A stretch of 64,000 bases of DNA from Nonomuraea sp. NPDC050663 (GCF_044456985.1 NZ_JBITGL010000015.1:71269-135268); one strand, 5' to 3'; positions 1-9,876 are shown, counted from the first letter of the stretch. Numbers and translations are program-made. Notes: a model not told the origin generated them from the sequence alone.

Positions 1-933
1 GAGGTAGAAACCGCCGTGAGGCCTGGCCACGGGCACTCCGGCCGCGATGAACCTTTCGTAAACGGCGTTGGAAACCTTGCCGTGCAACCGCCTGCTCAGT
101 TCGATGTGCTCGACGATCTCCGGGGGCTCCGCGAAGCCGTACGCCGCCGCCTCCTGCACCGGGGCGGCGGGCGCGGACCAGATCTCGCTGGCCACGGCCA
201 GCAACTGCCTGCGCATCTCGTGGGCGCCGTCGGGCAGTCGCGCGACACCGATGCGCCAGCCGCCCAGCGCCAGGCTCTTGCTCAGACCCGTGGTCACGAT
301 CGTGCGCTCGGGCGCGAGATCGGCGGGGGAGAGGTACGGCAGGGCGGGGTCGTGCACCAGGTCGCGGTAGATCTCGTCGGAGATGATCAGCAGATCCTTG
401 GCGCGGGCGACCTCGACGAGCCTGCGAATGGTCTCGGGGGTCGCCAGGCGCCCGGTGGGGTTGTCCGGGAGCGTCACCAGGACGGCCTTGACGTTGGGAC
501 CGGCCTGCGCCAGGAGGTCCGGGTCGGGCACGCCGCCTTCGGTGGCGGGGATCAGGATCGCGCGGGAGCCGACCAGGTCGGCCTGCGCCGCGTAGCTCAC
601 CCAGCTCGGCTTGGGGAGCACGATGTCGCCGCCCAGCACCAGCAGCAAGCCGTACAGCAGCGACTTGCTCCCCGGGCCCGCGATGACCTGCTCCGGGTCG
701 GTGGCCAGGCCACGCCGGTTCCAGTAGCCCGCCGCCGCTTCGCGCAGACCGGCCGCTCCCGCGACGGGGCCGTAGCCGTTGCGTCCCGACGCGTCGATGA
801 GCCTGTCGCGCAGCGCCGGGTGGACGGGCAGACCAGCCTCGCCGAAGGCCAGGTGCAGCACTCGTTCCCCGGCGCGTCGTCTTCGTTCGATGTCCTCGTT
901 CGTCGCCAGCGTGGCGGAGAGGGTAACGGTCAT
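1..933 (-). CDS. Pyridoxal-phosphate-dependent aminotransferase (class I/II), 5' partial: runs off window start
   Basis: Minus-strand frame is open from the window edge to ATG (plus-strand CAT at 931-933). Translation reads MTVTLSATLATNEDIERRRRAGERVLHLAFGEAGLPVH...TGLSKSLALGGWRIG, with the conserved SKS-Lys PLP-binding motif and GGWR typical of class I aminotransferases. Not in the ORF track because no stop falls in the window. Confidence 0.75.
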   Translation of the reverse strand, partial: MTVTLSATLATNEDIERRRRAGERVLHLAFGEAGLPVHPALRDRLIDASGRNGYGPVAGAAGLREAAAGYWNRRGLATDPEQVIAGPGSKSLLYGLLLVLGGDIVLPKPSWVSYAAQADLVGSRAILIPATEGGVPDPDLLAQAGPNVKAVLVTLPDNPTGRLATPETIRRLVEVARAKDLLIISDEIYRDLVHDPALPYLSPADLAPERTIVTTGLSKSLALGGWRIGVARLPDGAHEMRRQLLAVASEIWSAPAAPVQEAAAYGFAEPPEIVEHIELSRRLHGKVSNAVYERFIAAGVPVARPHGGFYL

Positions 934-1012
934 GTTTGTCACGTTCCCAAGATGGTTGGATGAAGGCATCAGCACAAGCGAGGCTTTTGGTGGGTAGGCA
1001 TAAGGAAGTCCG

Positions 1013-1942
1013 ATGCTTGATTTGCGCCGTTTGGCCTTGATACGAGAGTTCGCCCGTCGCGGCAGCATCGCCGCGACGGCCGCGAGCTTGGGTTACAGCC
1101 CGTCCGCCGTCTCACAACAGCTCGCCGCCCTGGAGCGGGAGGCGGGCGCCGTCCTGCTCGACAGGACGGCTCGAAGCGCCGAGTTGACCGATGCCGGACG
1201 CAGGCTGGTCGAGCACGCCGAGCGCATCCTGTCGATGGTCGAGGAGGCCGAGTCCGATCTCTCGGCACATACGGCCACTCCTTCCGGTCGTGTCGTCCTG
1301 ACCGCATTCCCCACAGCGGCCGTCGCATTCGCCCCGGCTCTGGCCCGTTCGCTCCGGCGCTACACCGAGCTGACGTTGCGCCTGGGACAGTCCAGGTCAG
1401 GGCGCGGAATGCGGGAAGTGCAGTCGGGCGAGGTCGACATCGCGCTCATCGACGACTGGTACGGCAGGACGCAGGACTCGGCGGGCCTGCGGGTCTTCCC
1501 TCTGCTCCACGACCCGCTCGTCCTGGTGGTTCCGCGCAAGCACCGCCTGGCCGACCCCGAGGTCCCGCTCGACCTGCGCGAGCTGCGCGACGAGCCCTGG
1601 ATGGCCACCCCTGACGGCGAGCCCTCGCGCCTGGCCGTCGACCGGCTCCTCGTCGACGTGGGCGGCACCCGCCCCACGCCGTGGGAGTTCGAGGGACTCG
1701 GCACGATCCTGTCGCTGGTCGCCAAGGGCATCGGCATCGCGGCCGTGCCCGCCCTCGCGCTGGCGGCGGGGGTGCGCGGCATCGCCGTCCGCGAGTTCCC
1801 CGGCAACCCGGTCGGGCGCGACGTGCACGCCGTGGCCCGCGGCTCGTCCATCCACCGGCCCTCGGTCTCGGTCACCCTGCGGGCCATCCACGTGGCGGCC
1901 CGCTATCTCGCGGCGGACCTGGAGCCGGTACGGCTAGCCTGA
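1013..1942 (+). CDS. LysR-family transcriptional regulator
   Basis: N-terminal HTH reads [43 protein letters not shown], followed by the C-terminal substrate-binding domain. It is divergent from the aminotransferase across a 79-bp intergenic region. Confidence 0.85.
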   Translation: MLDLRRLALIREFARRGSIAATAASLGYSPSAVSQQLAALEREAGAVLLDRTARSAELTDAGRRLVEHAERILSMVEEAESDLSAHTATPSGRVVLTAFPTAAVAFAPALARSLRRYTELTLRLGQSRSGRGMREVQSGEVDIALIDDWYGRTQDSAGLRVFPLLHDPLVLVVPRKHRLADPEVPLDLRELRDEPWMATPDGEPSRLAVDRLLVDVGGTRPTPWEFEGLGTILSLVAKGIGIAAVPALALAAGVRGIAVREFPGNPVGRDVHAVARGSSIHRPSVSVTLRAIHVAARYLAADLEPVRLA

Positions 1943-1947
1943 GGGCC

Positions 1948-2616
1948 GTGCCGTCCTACGCGATCGAGGAACTGCTGATCTCCTCACGTCCCGGCGCCCT
2001 GGTGGCCGGGGTCGACGAGGTCGGGCGCGGCGCCTGGGCCGGTCCTGTGCTGGTGTGCGCCGTCGTCACCGACCTGTCCGAGCCGCCCGCCGGGCTGACC
2101 GACTCCAAGCAGCTGTCCCCTGGGCGGCGCGACGCGCTCTTCGAGACCGTGACCTCGTGGGCCGCCGGAGTCGGCTACGGCGAGGCCTCCCACGAGGAGA
2201 TCGACACGCTGGGCATGACGGAGGCGCTGCGGCGTGCCGCCCACCGGGCGCTCCGCGCGCTACCCGTCCGGCCCGACTTCGTGATCCTCGACGGGGCGCA
2301 CGACTACATCGGCTCGCCCTGGCCGGTGCGGCTCGAGGTGCGCGGCGACTCCGCCTCCGTCTCGGTGGCCGCCGCCTCGGTGCTGGCCAAGGTCAGGCGC
2401 GACACCTACATGGCCTCGCTCGACTGCCCCGGATTCGGCTTCGACGAGAACGCCGGCTACCCCTCGCCGGTGCACCAGGCCGCGCTCGCGGAGTCGGGGC
2501 CGACGGCGCACCACCGGCTGTCGTGGAGCTACATGGACGACCTGCCGCAGTGGAAGCACCTGAAGAAGCACCGCGACCCGCTGGTGGGAGAGGGGCAGCT
2601 ATCGCTCTTCGGTTAG
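1948..2616 (+). CDS. rnhB: Ribonuclease HII
   Basis: [18 protein letters not shown] motif plus DSKQL and the overall RNase HII pattern. GTG at 1948 is in frame, 6 nt after the LysR stop. The ORF-track 1681 start would overlap LysR. Confidence 0.85.
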   Translation: MPSYAIEELLISSRPGALVAGVDEVGRGAWAGPVLVCAVVTDLSEPPAGLTDSKQLSPGRRDALFETVTSWAAGVGYGEASHEEIDTLGMTEALRRAAHRALRALPVRPDFVILDGAHDYIGSPWPVRLEVRGDSASVSVAAASVLAKVRRDTYMASLDCPGFGFDENAGYPSPVHQAALAESGPTAHHRLSWSYMDDLPQWKHLKKHRDPLVGEGQLSLFG

Positions 2617-3566
2617 GGATCTTCCTCGTCGCCGCGGGGTTCCCAGGCGTCCCGCCCGAGCAGACGCTCCAGACCGCGCTCGACACGATCGTCGCGGCCG
2701 AGGAGGCCGGATTCGACGACGTCTGGATCGCCGAGCACCACTTCATGTCCTACGGCGTCTGCCCCTCGCCCATGACGATGGCCGCCGTGGCCGCCGGCCG
2801 TACCCGGCGCATCGGCCTGGGCACCGCGGTCTCGGTGCTCTCGACCACGCATCCCGTGGCCCTGGCCGAGCAGGCGGCCATGCTCCACCACCTGTCGGGC
2901 GGCCGCTTCACGCTCGGCGTCGGGCGCGGGGGTCCGTGGGTGGACCTGGAGGTCTTCGGCACCGGCCTGCCCCGTTTCGAGTACGGCTTCGCGGAGTCGC
3001 TCGACCTGCTGTGCGCCTGCCTCGACCGGTCGAAGGTGTCGGCCGAAGGCGAGTTCTTCTCCTTCCGCGAGGTCTCGCTGGTGCCCCACGCGCGGCTGCG
3101 TCCCGTGGTGGCCTGCACCTCGCTCGGCACGGTGCGCCTGGCCGCCTCGCGCGGGCTGCCGATGTTGCTGGGGATGCACATCGACGACGAGGGCAAGCTG
3201 GAGCTCATCCGCGCCCACGGCGGTGACGGGCACGTGGCCGCGGTGGCGGCCCACGTCGCCGACACCACGGCCGAGGCGGTGGCCGAGATGAAGGCGCGCA
3301 TGCCCGCCTGGCTGACTCCGGGACTGGCCGGATACGTGCCCGTCGACGCGCGGCCGCGCTCGCCGCGCGACGTGGAGGGGTACGTCGACTTCCTCACCCG
3401 CGTGCACCCGGTGGGCTCGGCCGAGCACTGCGCGGCGGTGATGCGGCGCACGACCGAGGTGACGGGGCTGCGGCACCTGCTGCTGATGGTCGAGGGCACG
3501 GGCGACCCGGTCGGGACCGTCAGGCGTCTAGGGGAAGAGGTCCTTCCCCTGGTCAAAGTCTGTTGA
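2550..3566 (+). CDS. Luciferase-like (LLM class) flavin/F420-dependent oxidoreductase; start uncertain
   Basis: [11 protein letters not shown]...[10 protein letters not shown]...LGTAVSVL is a typical LLM-family N-terminus. The ORF-track start at 2055 overlaps rnhB and is an artefact. In-frame GTG codons lie at 2523 and 2550; the conserved domain begins around 2610. Confidence 0.7.
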   Translation: MEAPEEAPRPAGGRGAAIALRLGIFLVAAGFPGVPPEQTLQTALDTIVAAEEAGFDDVWIAEHHFMSYGVCPSPMTMAAVAAGRTRRIGLGTAVSVLSTTHPVALAEQAAMLHHLSGGRFTLGVGRGGPWVDLEVFGTGLPRFEYGFAESLDLLCACLDRSKVSAEGEFFSFREVSLVPHARLRPVVACTSLGTVRLAASRGLPMLLGMHIDDEGKLELIRAHGGDGHVAAVAAHVADTTAEAVAEMKARMPAWLTPGLAGYVPVDARPRSPRDVEGYVDFLTRVHPVGSAEHCAAVMRRTTEVTGLRHLLLMVEGTGDPVGTVRRLGEEVLPLVKVC

Positions 3567-3609
3567 TCTTTGCTTCATGCGGCGGCGCGTGTCGGGGCGA
3601 TTTGCGCGC

Positions 3610-4818
3610 ATGCTGAGCAAGATCCATATTGTGTGGAGAATCCGGATCATCAGCGTGGTGGCTCTGGCTTGTCTCGTCCCGCCCCAGGCCGTCATGGCGG
3701 CCGGCGAGGACGCGGCCTACGCGCAGTGGACGCCTGACGGTAAGTCCGGCACGGTCGAAGTGCCCGGCGTCGGCTTCCCGGCGGGCACCTGGACCAGCGA
3801 CGCCAGCACCGTCAGGGCGCCCTCCGGGGCCTCGACCTTCCTGAACGACAACACCCCGTTCGGCAAGGAATTCGGCAGCTCCAGGGGCGAGAACTACCTG
3901 TACTTCGGGGCCAGGGGCACGCAGCCGTCGACGACGGAGGTCGAGTTCGACGCCCCGACCCCCGCCGGCCGATGGGGCTTCACGCTCGGCGACGTCGACG
4001 CCGACAGCGTCATGGTCGAGGCCTTCGCCAAGGACGGCACCAAGCTGACCGCCGCGCAGCTCGGCTGGAAGGGCGCCTTCAACTACTGCTCGGCCGGTCC
4101 GAGACCGTCGGCGTGCACCTCCGGGTCCTCCACCGACAGGCCCACCTGGGACGGCGCCACAGGCACGCTCCAAGGCAACGGCCCCGACACGCAGGGCGCC
4201 GCGGGCTGGTTCATGCCGACCGTCCCGATCGTCAAGCTCACGCTGACGTTCTCCGTCAAGCAGGGCATCCCGGTCGCCCAGCTCTGGATCGCCTCGAAAT
4301 GGGTCGACAAGGGCAGGCCCGATATCCAGATCAAGAAGTCGGCCAGCCCCAAGGTCGTCAGGCCGGGCGGCGTGATCACCTATACCGTGACCGTCACCAA
4401 CAAGGGCACCGCTCCGGAAGAGGACGCGGAGTACGTCGACGACCTGTCCGACGTGGTCGACGACGCGACCTACCTCGGCGACGCGAAGGCCGACTCCGGC
4501 AGGGTCACCTACGCCGCGGCCAAGCTGAGCTGGGACGGCGTCGTCGAGCCCGGCCACACCCACAAGGTCACCTTCTCCGTGCGCGTGCACAGGCAGAGCT
4601 CGGGCAACCGCGTCATCCGCAACGTCGTCATCAGCGACGGCGCCCGGCTGAACTGCGAGGACGGCAGGGGCAAGGGCTGCTCCGTCGCCTACAGGTACAA
4701 CCCGCGTCGCGACGCCTACGTCCAGGCGGGAGCGGGCAAGCACGGCAGGAACTGGTCCGTCGGCTTCAAGAAGCGCACCAAGGTCTGCAGGACGGCCGAC
4801 GCCGGCGCCCTCTGCTGA
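3610..4818 (+). CDS. Secreted DUF11 (conserved repeat) domain protein
   Basis: Signal peptide MLSKIHIVWRIRIISVVALACLVPPQAVMAAGE, then GGVITYTVTVTNKGTAPEEDAEY, which is a DUF11-type repeat. The 5' end sits in a locally low-GC stretch. Confidence 0.65.
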   Translation: MLSKIHIVWRIRIISVVALACLVPPQAVMAAGEDAAYAQWTPDGKSGTVEVPGVGFPAGTWTSDASTVRAPSGASTFLNDNTPFGKEFGSSRGENYLYFGARGTQPSTTEVEFDAPTPAGRWGFTLGDVDADSVMVEAFAKDGTKLTAAQLGWKGAFNYCSAGPRPSACTSGSSTDRPTWDGATGTLQGNGPDTQGAAGWFMPTVPIVKLTLTFSVKQGIPVAQLWIASKWVDKGRPDIQIKKSASPKVVRPGGVITYTVTVTNKGTAPEEDAEYVDDLSDVVDDATYLGDAKADSGRVTYAAAKLSWDGVVEPGHTHKVTFSVRVHRQSSGNRVIRNVVISDGARLNCEDGRGKGCSVAYRYNPRRDAYVQAGAGKHGRNWSVGFKKRTKVCRTADAGALC

Positions 4819-4830
4819 CGGGCAGAGGGC
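4807..4830 (+). terminator. Hairpin terminator; 9-bp stem GCCCTCTGC/GCAGAGGGC with the TGA stop in the loop
   Basis: Perfect inverted repeat read directly from the sequence. A second overlapping stem, CTGCTGAC(4812-4819)/GTCAGCAG(4846-4853), places the stop codons of both convergent genes in its arms. Confidence 0.5.
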
Positions 4831-4846
4831 GCCGGCGCGCCGGTGG

Positions 4847-5233
4847 TCAGCAGTCGACGAGCTCGGGCTTCTGGTTGAGGATCTGGGCGCGGGGGCTGGT
4901 GAACTCCCGGAGCGCGTCGACCGCGCCAGGGGAGAAGACCGCGACCCGGTGGCAGTTCTGGAACGCCAGCCTTACATCGAAGTGCCGTTCGAGCGCCCCG
5001 CGCATGGAGTCGCTGGCCAGGCACCGCAGCAACTGGCCGCGAGCCTCCTCGGAAGGCGGGGCGACGAGGTTGTCGGCGAACTCGGCGCCGGTCTCCGAGC
5101 GCTGCTGGACCAGGCCGCTGATCACCGACCAGGCGTACGGCAGGGAGTCGCGGACGCAGGCCACGAAGGCCGCGTCGTCCACGTCTCCGGCGCGCGCTTG
5201 GTCGAGCAGATCGTTGGGAACGGTCAGCGACAT
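4847..5233 (-). CDS. Conserved hypothetical protein (128 aa), downstream partner of the MinD/CooC-like ATPase
   Basis: Clean 128-aa ORF lying 43 nt downstream of the ATPase on the same strand. No recognisable catalytic motif. Confidence 0.5.
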   Translation of the reverse strand: MSLTVPNDLLDQARAGDVDDAAFVACVRDSLPYAWSVISGLVQQRSETGAEFADNLVAPPSEEARGQLLRCLASDSMRGALERHFDVRLAFQNCHRVAVFSPGAVDALREFTSPRAQILNQKPELVDC

Positions 5234-5276
5234 GCTGTCTCCTCTGTTCGATGGTCGTTTTCGACGCTAAAACGGG

Positions 5277-6204
5277 CTAGCCGAGCCGTCCATAGACGAA
5301 GCCGGGGTCTATCTGCAGGGAAAGATCGGTGCCGGCCCGCGAGTTTCCCCAGGCCTCCGCGTTGCGCTCGTGGAACTGTGCGGTCTGCCTGCCGTACCTC
5401 TCCCAGTTCTTCTCCTGGGCGTCGACCTGCTTGAGCACGCGGGAGAGCGCTTCGGTGTTGGCCGGTTCGAGATCGATCAGGTCGAAGGGGCGGCCCTGCT
5501 CCAGCGCGCGGACGGCCGAGGAGTGCTCGAACCAGGTCAGCAGCGAGTCGCCGACGTGGGCGCGCAGGAAGTCGACGTCGTCCGGTGAGTGGATCTTGTT
5601 GCCGACGACGGCGAGGCTGACGTCGTAGGCGGAGGCGTAGTCGCGGTATTGCTGGAAGACGCTGACGCCCTGGCGGGTGGGCTCGGCGACCAGGACGGTC
5701 AGGTCGAAGCGGGTGAACAGCCCCGAGGCGAAGGAGTCGGCCCCGGCGGTCATGTCGACCACGACGTACTCGCCCTGCTCGTCGACGAGGTGGTTGAGCA
5801 GCAGCTCGGCGGCGCCGACCTTGGAGTGGTAGCAGGCGACCCCGAGGTCCTCCTCGGCGAACGGCCCGGTGGCCATGAGGCGCAGGCCGTGCGGGGTGGC
5901 GACGGTGTACGGCAGGGCGTCGAGGGGGAGCAGCCGGGAGCCGCGTCCCGGCGGGGTCGTCTTGGTCATCGCGGCGGCCGAGGGGATCAGCGGGTTGGAG
6001 CCGCGCAGGAGCTCCTTGATCTCCTCCAGGTGGGCGCCCAGCGGCTCGGGCTGCTCGTCCAGGCCGAGGACGAGGGCGAGGTGCTGGTTGATGTCGGCGT
6101 CGATCGCGACGACCGGCGCGCCCTGGCTCGCTGCGTAACGGGCGAACAGGGCGGAGATCGTGGTCTTCCCGCTCCCGCCCTTGCCGACGAAGGCGACTCT
6201 CACC
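5277..6204 (-). CDS. MinD/ParA/CooC-family P-loop ATPase
   Basis: Deviant Walker A VAFVGKGGSGKTT immediately after the start. GTG start chosen at 6204 because a GAGGGAG Shine-Dalgarno lies 7 nt upstream. The ORF-track start at 6251 would leave only 11 bp before the divergent TPR gene. Confidence 0.75.
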
Positions 6205-6262
6205 TGGGACTCCCTCAATGGAATGAAAACCGTTTCCATCGATGATGGCATAGGGTCCAGCC

Positions 6263-6697
6263 ATGAGTGATGAAGAGCTGAGAATCAAACTGGAAAAGTT
6301 GCTTGCCCAGGTCGCCGACAATCCCGACGATCCCGAGCTGAACCGGGAGATCGCCTACACGCACGACGGCCTCGGGCTGGAGCACGACGCCGTGCCGTAC
6401 TACGAGAAGACCCTGGAACTGGGCGCGTCGGACCGGCAGGGCACGTGGACCGGCTATGGCAGCACGTTGCGGGTGATCGGCCGTTTCGAGGACGCCGTGA
6501 AGGCCTTCGACAAGGGACTGGAGGAGTTCCCCGGCGATCCCGCGATGCGGGCCTTCCGCGCGATGGCGTTGTACAACCTCGACCGGTCGCGTGAGGCCGT
6601 GGCGGAGCTGCTGCGGGTGCTGGTCGACAACAAGCAGCTCGGCGGCTACGAGCGGGCCGCCGCCTACTACGCGGAGAACCTCGACGAGACGATCTGA
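6263..6697 (+). CDS. Tetratricopeptide-repeat protein
   Basis: Approximately 34-aa helical repeats with the A/Y/L/G pattern, e.g. AYTHDGLGLEHDAVPYYEKTLELGA and AMALYNLDRSREAVAELLRVL. Confidence 0.6.
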   Translation: MSDEELRIKLEKLLAQVADNPDDPELNREIAYTHDGLGLEHDAVPYYEKTLELGASDRQGTWTGYGSTLRVIGRFEDAVKAFDKGLEEFPGDPAMRAFRAMALYNLDRSREAVAELLRVLVDNKQLGGYERAAAYYAENLDETI

Positions 6698-7056
6698 GCG
6701 AACGTCACCTCGGTGAGCAGCTTGGTCTCGTGCTCGCGCAGCGCGCTCCACACGTCGGCCAGCGGCTGGGCGACGCCGGGATAGTCGCCCTGATACTCCG
6801 GGCGTCCTTCGACCAGGTCGATGACGTCGGCCAGGGTGATCTCCGAGGCGGGGCGGGCCAGCCAGTAGCCGCCGTCGGGGCCGCGCAGGCTGTGCACGAT
6901 GCCGGCCTTGCGGAGCTGGAGCAGGATGTTGTCGAGAAATCGCCGCGGGATCTGCTGGGCCACGGCGATCTTCTCGGCGGGCACCGGACCAGGCGGTGCG
7001 GCGGCCAGCTCGGTGACCGCCCGCAACGCGTACTGAGTTCTCGCAGAGATCCTCAT
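6667..7056 (-). CDS. Rrf2-family transcriptional regulator
   Basis: MRISARTQYALRAVTELA...GIVHSLRGPDGGYWLARP is the characteristic Rrf2 wHTH. Confidence 0.85.
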   Translation of the reverse strand: MRISARTQYALRAVTELAAAPPGPVPAEKIAVAQQIPRRFLDNILLQLRKAGIVHSLRGPDGGYWLARPASEITLADVIDLVEGRPEYQGDYPGVAQPLADVWSALREHETKLLTEVTFAQIVSSRFSA

Positions 7057-7928
7057 TGTTCCTGGCGAAGACCCCAGCGGCGGCGAAGGGCGGTGTTGGC
7101 CGCCTCGAAGAGCATGTCGATCACGATGCCGATGACCAGGATGACGATCATCGTGCCGATCAGGCCCGGCGAATCCGACAGCTCGCGTGAGATGGCCAGC
7201 TGCTCGCCCAGCGAGGCCTGGTAGGCGATGATCACCATCAGCTCTCCGGCCATCAGCGAGCGCCAGGCGAACGCCCAGCCCTGCTTGAGCCCGGCCAGGA
7301 ACGACGGCAGCGAGGCGGGCAGGATGACGTGCCGGTACATCTGCAGCCTGCCGAAACCCAGCACCTTGCCCGCCCGCAGGAGCAACGGCGGAGTGTAGTC
7401 GACGCCGGCGATCAGGCCGTTGGCGATCGAGGGCGCGGCGCCCAGGACGACCACGAACTGGATGGCCGACTCGGTCAGCCCGAACAGCAGGATCGCGAAG
7501 GGGAACCAGGCGATCGACGGCATGGTCTGCAAGCCGGTGATCAGCGAGCCGAAGGCGGCGCGCAGGATGCGGACGCGGGAGACCGCGGCCCCGATGACCA
7601 GCCCGATGAGCACCGCCAGCGCGAAGCCGACGACGGCCCTGCGCATCGTGGTGGCCAGGGCCTGGTAGAACTCGGGGTCGGTGACCTTGTTCGCCAGGTC
7701 GCCGAAGGTCGTGATCGGCCCGGCGAACACGTACTCCGGCCAGAACCCGGCCATCACCACGGCCTGCCAGATCGCCAGGACGATCACGACGGCGGTGAGC
7801 ATGGGCCAGGCGTGCCGCCAGACCCTCAGCCCGAACGAGGTGCGCTTGGCGGGGAGCAGTTCGAGCGCGTCGAGCCCGGTGAGCTGCCGCTCGTGGGTGT
7901 CGGCGGGGGGCAGGCGGTCAACGGCCAT
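7053..7928 (-). CDS. ABC transporter permease (NitT/TauT/SsuC-like)
   Basis: Six-TM BPD-transporter pattern with an EAA-like loop. 4-nt overlap with the Rrf2 gene and overlap with the upstream ATPase gene. Confidence 0.8.
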   Translation of the reverse strand: MAVDRLPPADTHERQLTGLDALELLPAKRTSFGLRVWRHAWPMLTAVVIVLAIWQAVVMAGFWPEYVFAGPITTFGDLANKVTDPEFYQALATTMRRAVVGFALAVLIGLVIGAAVSRVRILRAAFGSLITGLQTMPSIAWFPFAILLFGLTESAIQFVVVLGAAPSIANGLIAGVDYTPPLLLRAGKVLGFGRLQMYRHVILPASLPSFLAGLKQGWAFAWRSLMAGELMVIIAYQASLGEQLAISRELSDSPGLIGTMIVILVIGIVIDMLFEAANTALRRRWGLRQEQ

Positions 7929-8697
7929 GGCGGCCCACCTCCTCGCGGAGCCGGTCGGTGATCGTGGCGGCGAGGGTGGCGACCTCGGCGGAGTCGGTGC
8001 GTCGCGGACGCGGCAGCTCGATCGGGAAGTCCTCGACCACCCGGCCGGGGCGGCTGCTCAGCAGCACGACGCGGTCGCCGAGCCGTACGGCCTCGCGGAC
8101 GTTGTGGGTGACGAACAGCACGGCCGGCCGGCGCTCGCGCCAGATGCGCTCCAGCTCGTCGTGGAGGATGTCGCGCGTCATCGCGTCGAGCGCGCCGAAC
8201 GGCTCGTCCATGAGCAGCACGTCGGCCTCCTGGGCCAGCGCCCTGGCCAGCGCGACACGCTGGCGCATGCCGCCCGACAGCTCGTGCGGGCGCTTCTTGC
8301 CGAACGCTCCCAGGTGGACCAGGTCGAGCAGCTCCTGGGCACGGGCCCGGCGCTCGTCCTTGCCGACCTTCTCGGCGCGCATGGCCATCTCGACGTTGGC
8401 GGTGACGGTGAGCCAGGGGAACAGGGCGGGTTCCTGGAACATCATCGAGATCTTCGACCCGGAGCTGATCTCGCCGCCCGAGACGTCGTCGAGGCCGGCG
8501 ACCAGGTTGAGCAGGGTGCTCTTGCCGCAGCCCGAGGCGCCGAGCAGGCAGACGAACTCGCCGGGCCGTACGGCCAGCGAGACGCGGTCGAGTGCGAGCA
8601 GGTCCTTGCCGTACATCTTGGAGACGGCCTCCAGCCGGACCGCGTAGGCGTCGGTCCGGCTGTCGGCGTGCTCCGTGAGAGGAGCGGTCATCGTCAC
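7918..8697 (-). CDS. ABC transporter ATP-binding protein (NitT/TauT family)
   Basis: Walker A GASGCGKST, signature LSGGMRQRVALARAL and Walker B VLLMDEPFGALD. Confidence 0.9.
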   Translation of the reverse strand: MTMTAPLTEHADSRTDAYAVRLEAVSKMYGKDLLALDRVSLAVRPGEFVCLLGASGCGKSTLLNLVAGLDDVSGGEISSGSKISMMFQEPALFPWLTVTANVEMAMRAEKVGKDERRARAQELLDLVHLGAFGKKRPHELSGGMRQRVALARALAQEADVLLMDEPFGALDAMTRDILHDELERIWRERRPAVLFVTHNVREAVRLGDRVVLLSSRPGRVVEDFPIELPRPRRTDSAEVATLAATITDRLREEVGRHGR

Positions 8698-9728
8698 TTG
8701 TCCTTGATCGACTGCTGGCCCTGGGCCGCCAGGACCTCGTTGAGGATCTTCAGGTCGTAGATGCCGTTCAGGTCGACCGGCTCCAGCAGCCCGACCTCGA
8801 TGGCGTGCTCGGCGCTGCCGGTCAGGGAGGAGGCGATCGGGTCGTTGGTGAAGGTGATGTTCTTGAACGCGCTGTCGAGCACTTCCTGCTTCAGCGGCTT
8901 CTGGGTCAGCTTCTCGATCGCGGCGTTGACGGTGGTCGCGGCGGCGGCCGGGTCGTCGTTGATGAACGTGGTCGCCTCGACGTGCGCCTCGATGAGCTTC
9001 TTGAGCAGGTCGGGGTTCTCCTTGGCCCAGGCCTGGCGCACGATCAGGTGGGTGATCACGAACTGCTTGCCGGGCCAGAGCTCACGCTCGTCGAGCAGGA
9101 TCTTGCCCTTGCTCTCCAGGACCAGGCGGCTGGCGAAGGGCTCGGGCACCCAGGCGCCGTCGATGTCGCCGGTGGCGAAGGTCTGCAGGGTCTGGGCGTT
9201 CTCCTGCGGGACGATGTGCACGTCGCCGCCGCCCTTGGTGTCGGTGTTCAGGCCGTTCTGCTTGAGCCAGTAGCGCAGCGCCACGTCCTGGGTGTTGCCG
9301 AGCTGGGGGGTGGCGATCTTCTTGCCCTTGAGGTCGGCGACGCCGTTGATCTCGGGCTTGGTGACCAGGTAGACGCCGCCGGAGGCCGAGCCGGCGACGA
9401 TCTTGATGGCCTCGCCCTTGGACTTGGCCCAGGCGTTGATGGCCGGGTTCGGGCCGATGTACGTCGCGTCGATGGCGCCCGAGAAAATCGCCTCGATGGC
9501 GGCGGGGCCGGCGTTGAAGGTGCTGGTCTTGACCGGGACGCCCAGGTGCTTGGCGTACAGGCCCTTCTCGGTGCCGACCAGGGCGGTGGAGTGCGTGATG
9601 TTCGGGAAGTAGCCGAGGCGCACCTCCTTGGCGGTGCTGCCGGTGGTGCCCCCAGGGCTCTCCGTGGCGCTTCCGCAGGCTGCCGCGGTCATCAGTGCCA
9701 GCGCGGCGACCACGGTGCGGATCTTCAT
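8694..9728 (-). CDS. ABC transporter substrate-binding lipoprotein (aliphatic sulfonate/nitrate/taurine type)
   Basis: Lipobox LMTAAACGS; NMT1/SsuA-like fold pattern. 4-nt overlap with the ATPase gene. Confidence 0.75.
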   Translation of the reverse strand: MKIRTVVAALALMTAAACGSATESPGGTTGSTAKEVRLGYFPNITHSTALVGTEKGLYAKHLGVPVKTSTFNAGPAAIEAIFSGAIDATYIGPNPAINAWAKSKGEAIKIVAGSASGGVYLVTKPEINGVADLKGKKIATPQLGNTQDVALRYWLKQNGLNTDTKGGGDVHIVPQENAQTLQTFATGDIDGAWVPEPFASRLVLESKGKILLDERELWPGKQFVITHLIVRQAWAKENPDLLKKLIEAHVEATTFINDDPAAAATTVNAAIEKLTQKPLKQEVLDSAFKNITFTNDPIASSLTGSAEHAIEVGLLEPVDLNGIYDLKILNEVLAAQGQQSIKDK

Positions 9729-9739
9729 GGCTACTCCCT

Positions 9740-9808
9740 AATTCCTACTTAATAAGTCGGCTATGTGCACATCCAAGACCTATATTTCCTTTACGTCAAG
9801 TAGGAATT
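9740..9808. promoter_or_regulatory. AT-rich promoter region of the ABC operon with a perfect 11-bp inverted repeat AATTCCTACTT(9740-9750)/AAGTAGGAATT(9798-9808)
   Basis: Read directly from the sequence. Locally low GC between the SBP start at 9728 and the LCP stop at 9877. Candidate operator, possibly for the Rrf2 regulator. Confidence 0.45.
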
Positions 9809-9820
9809 GGGGAGAGTTAA

Positions 9821-9859
9821 CGCGTGCAGGGCCTATCCACCGTGTGGGCGCTGCACGCG
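9821..9859 (-). terminator. Hairpin (CGCGTGCAG/CTGCACGCG, 9-bp stem) downstream of the LCP gene
   Basis: Perfect inverted repeat located 18 nt after the minus-strand stop at 9877. Confidence 0.45.
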
Positions 9860-9876
9860 TGACTGGCCGGCCAGGG

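Noticed and set aside
16-963. 315-aa plus-strand ORF
   Set aside because: It lies antisense to a well-supported aminotransferase (SKS-Lys motif) on the minus strand. It is Arg/Gly-rich, as is typical of spurious antisense ORFs in high-GC DNA.
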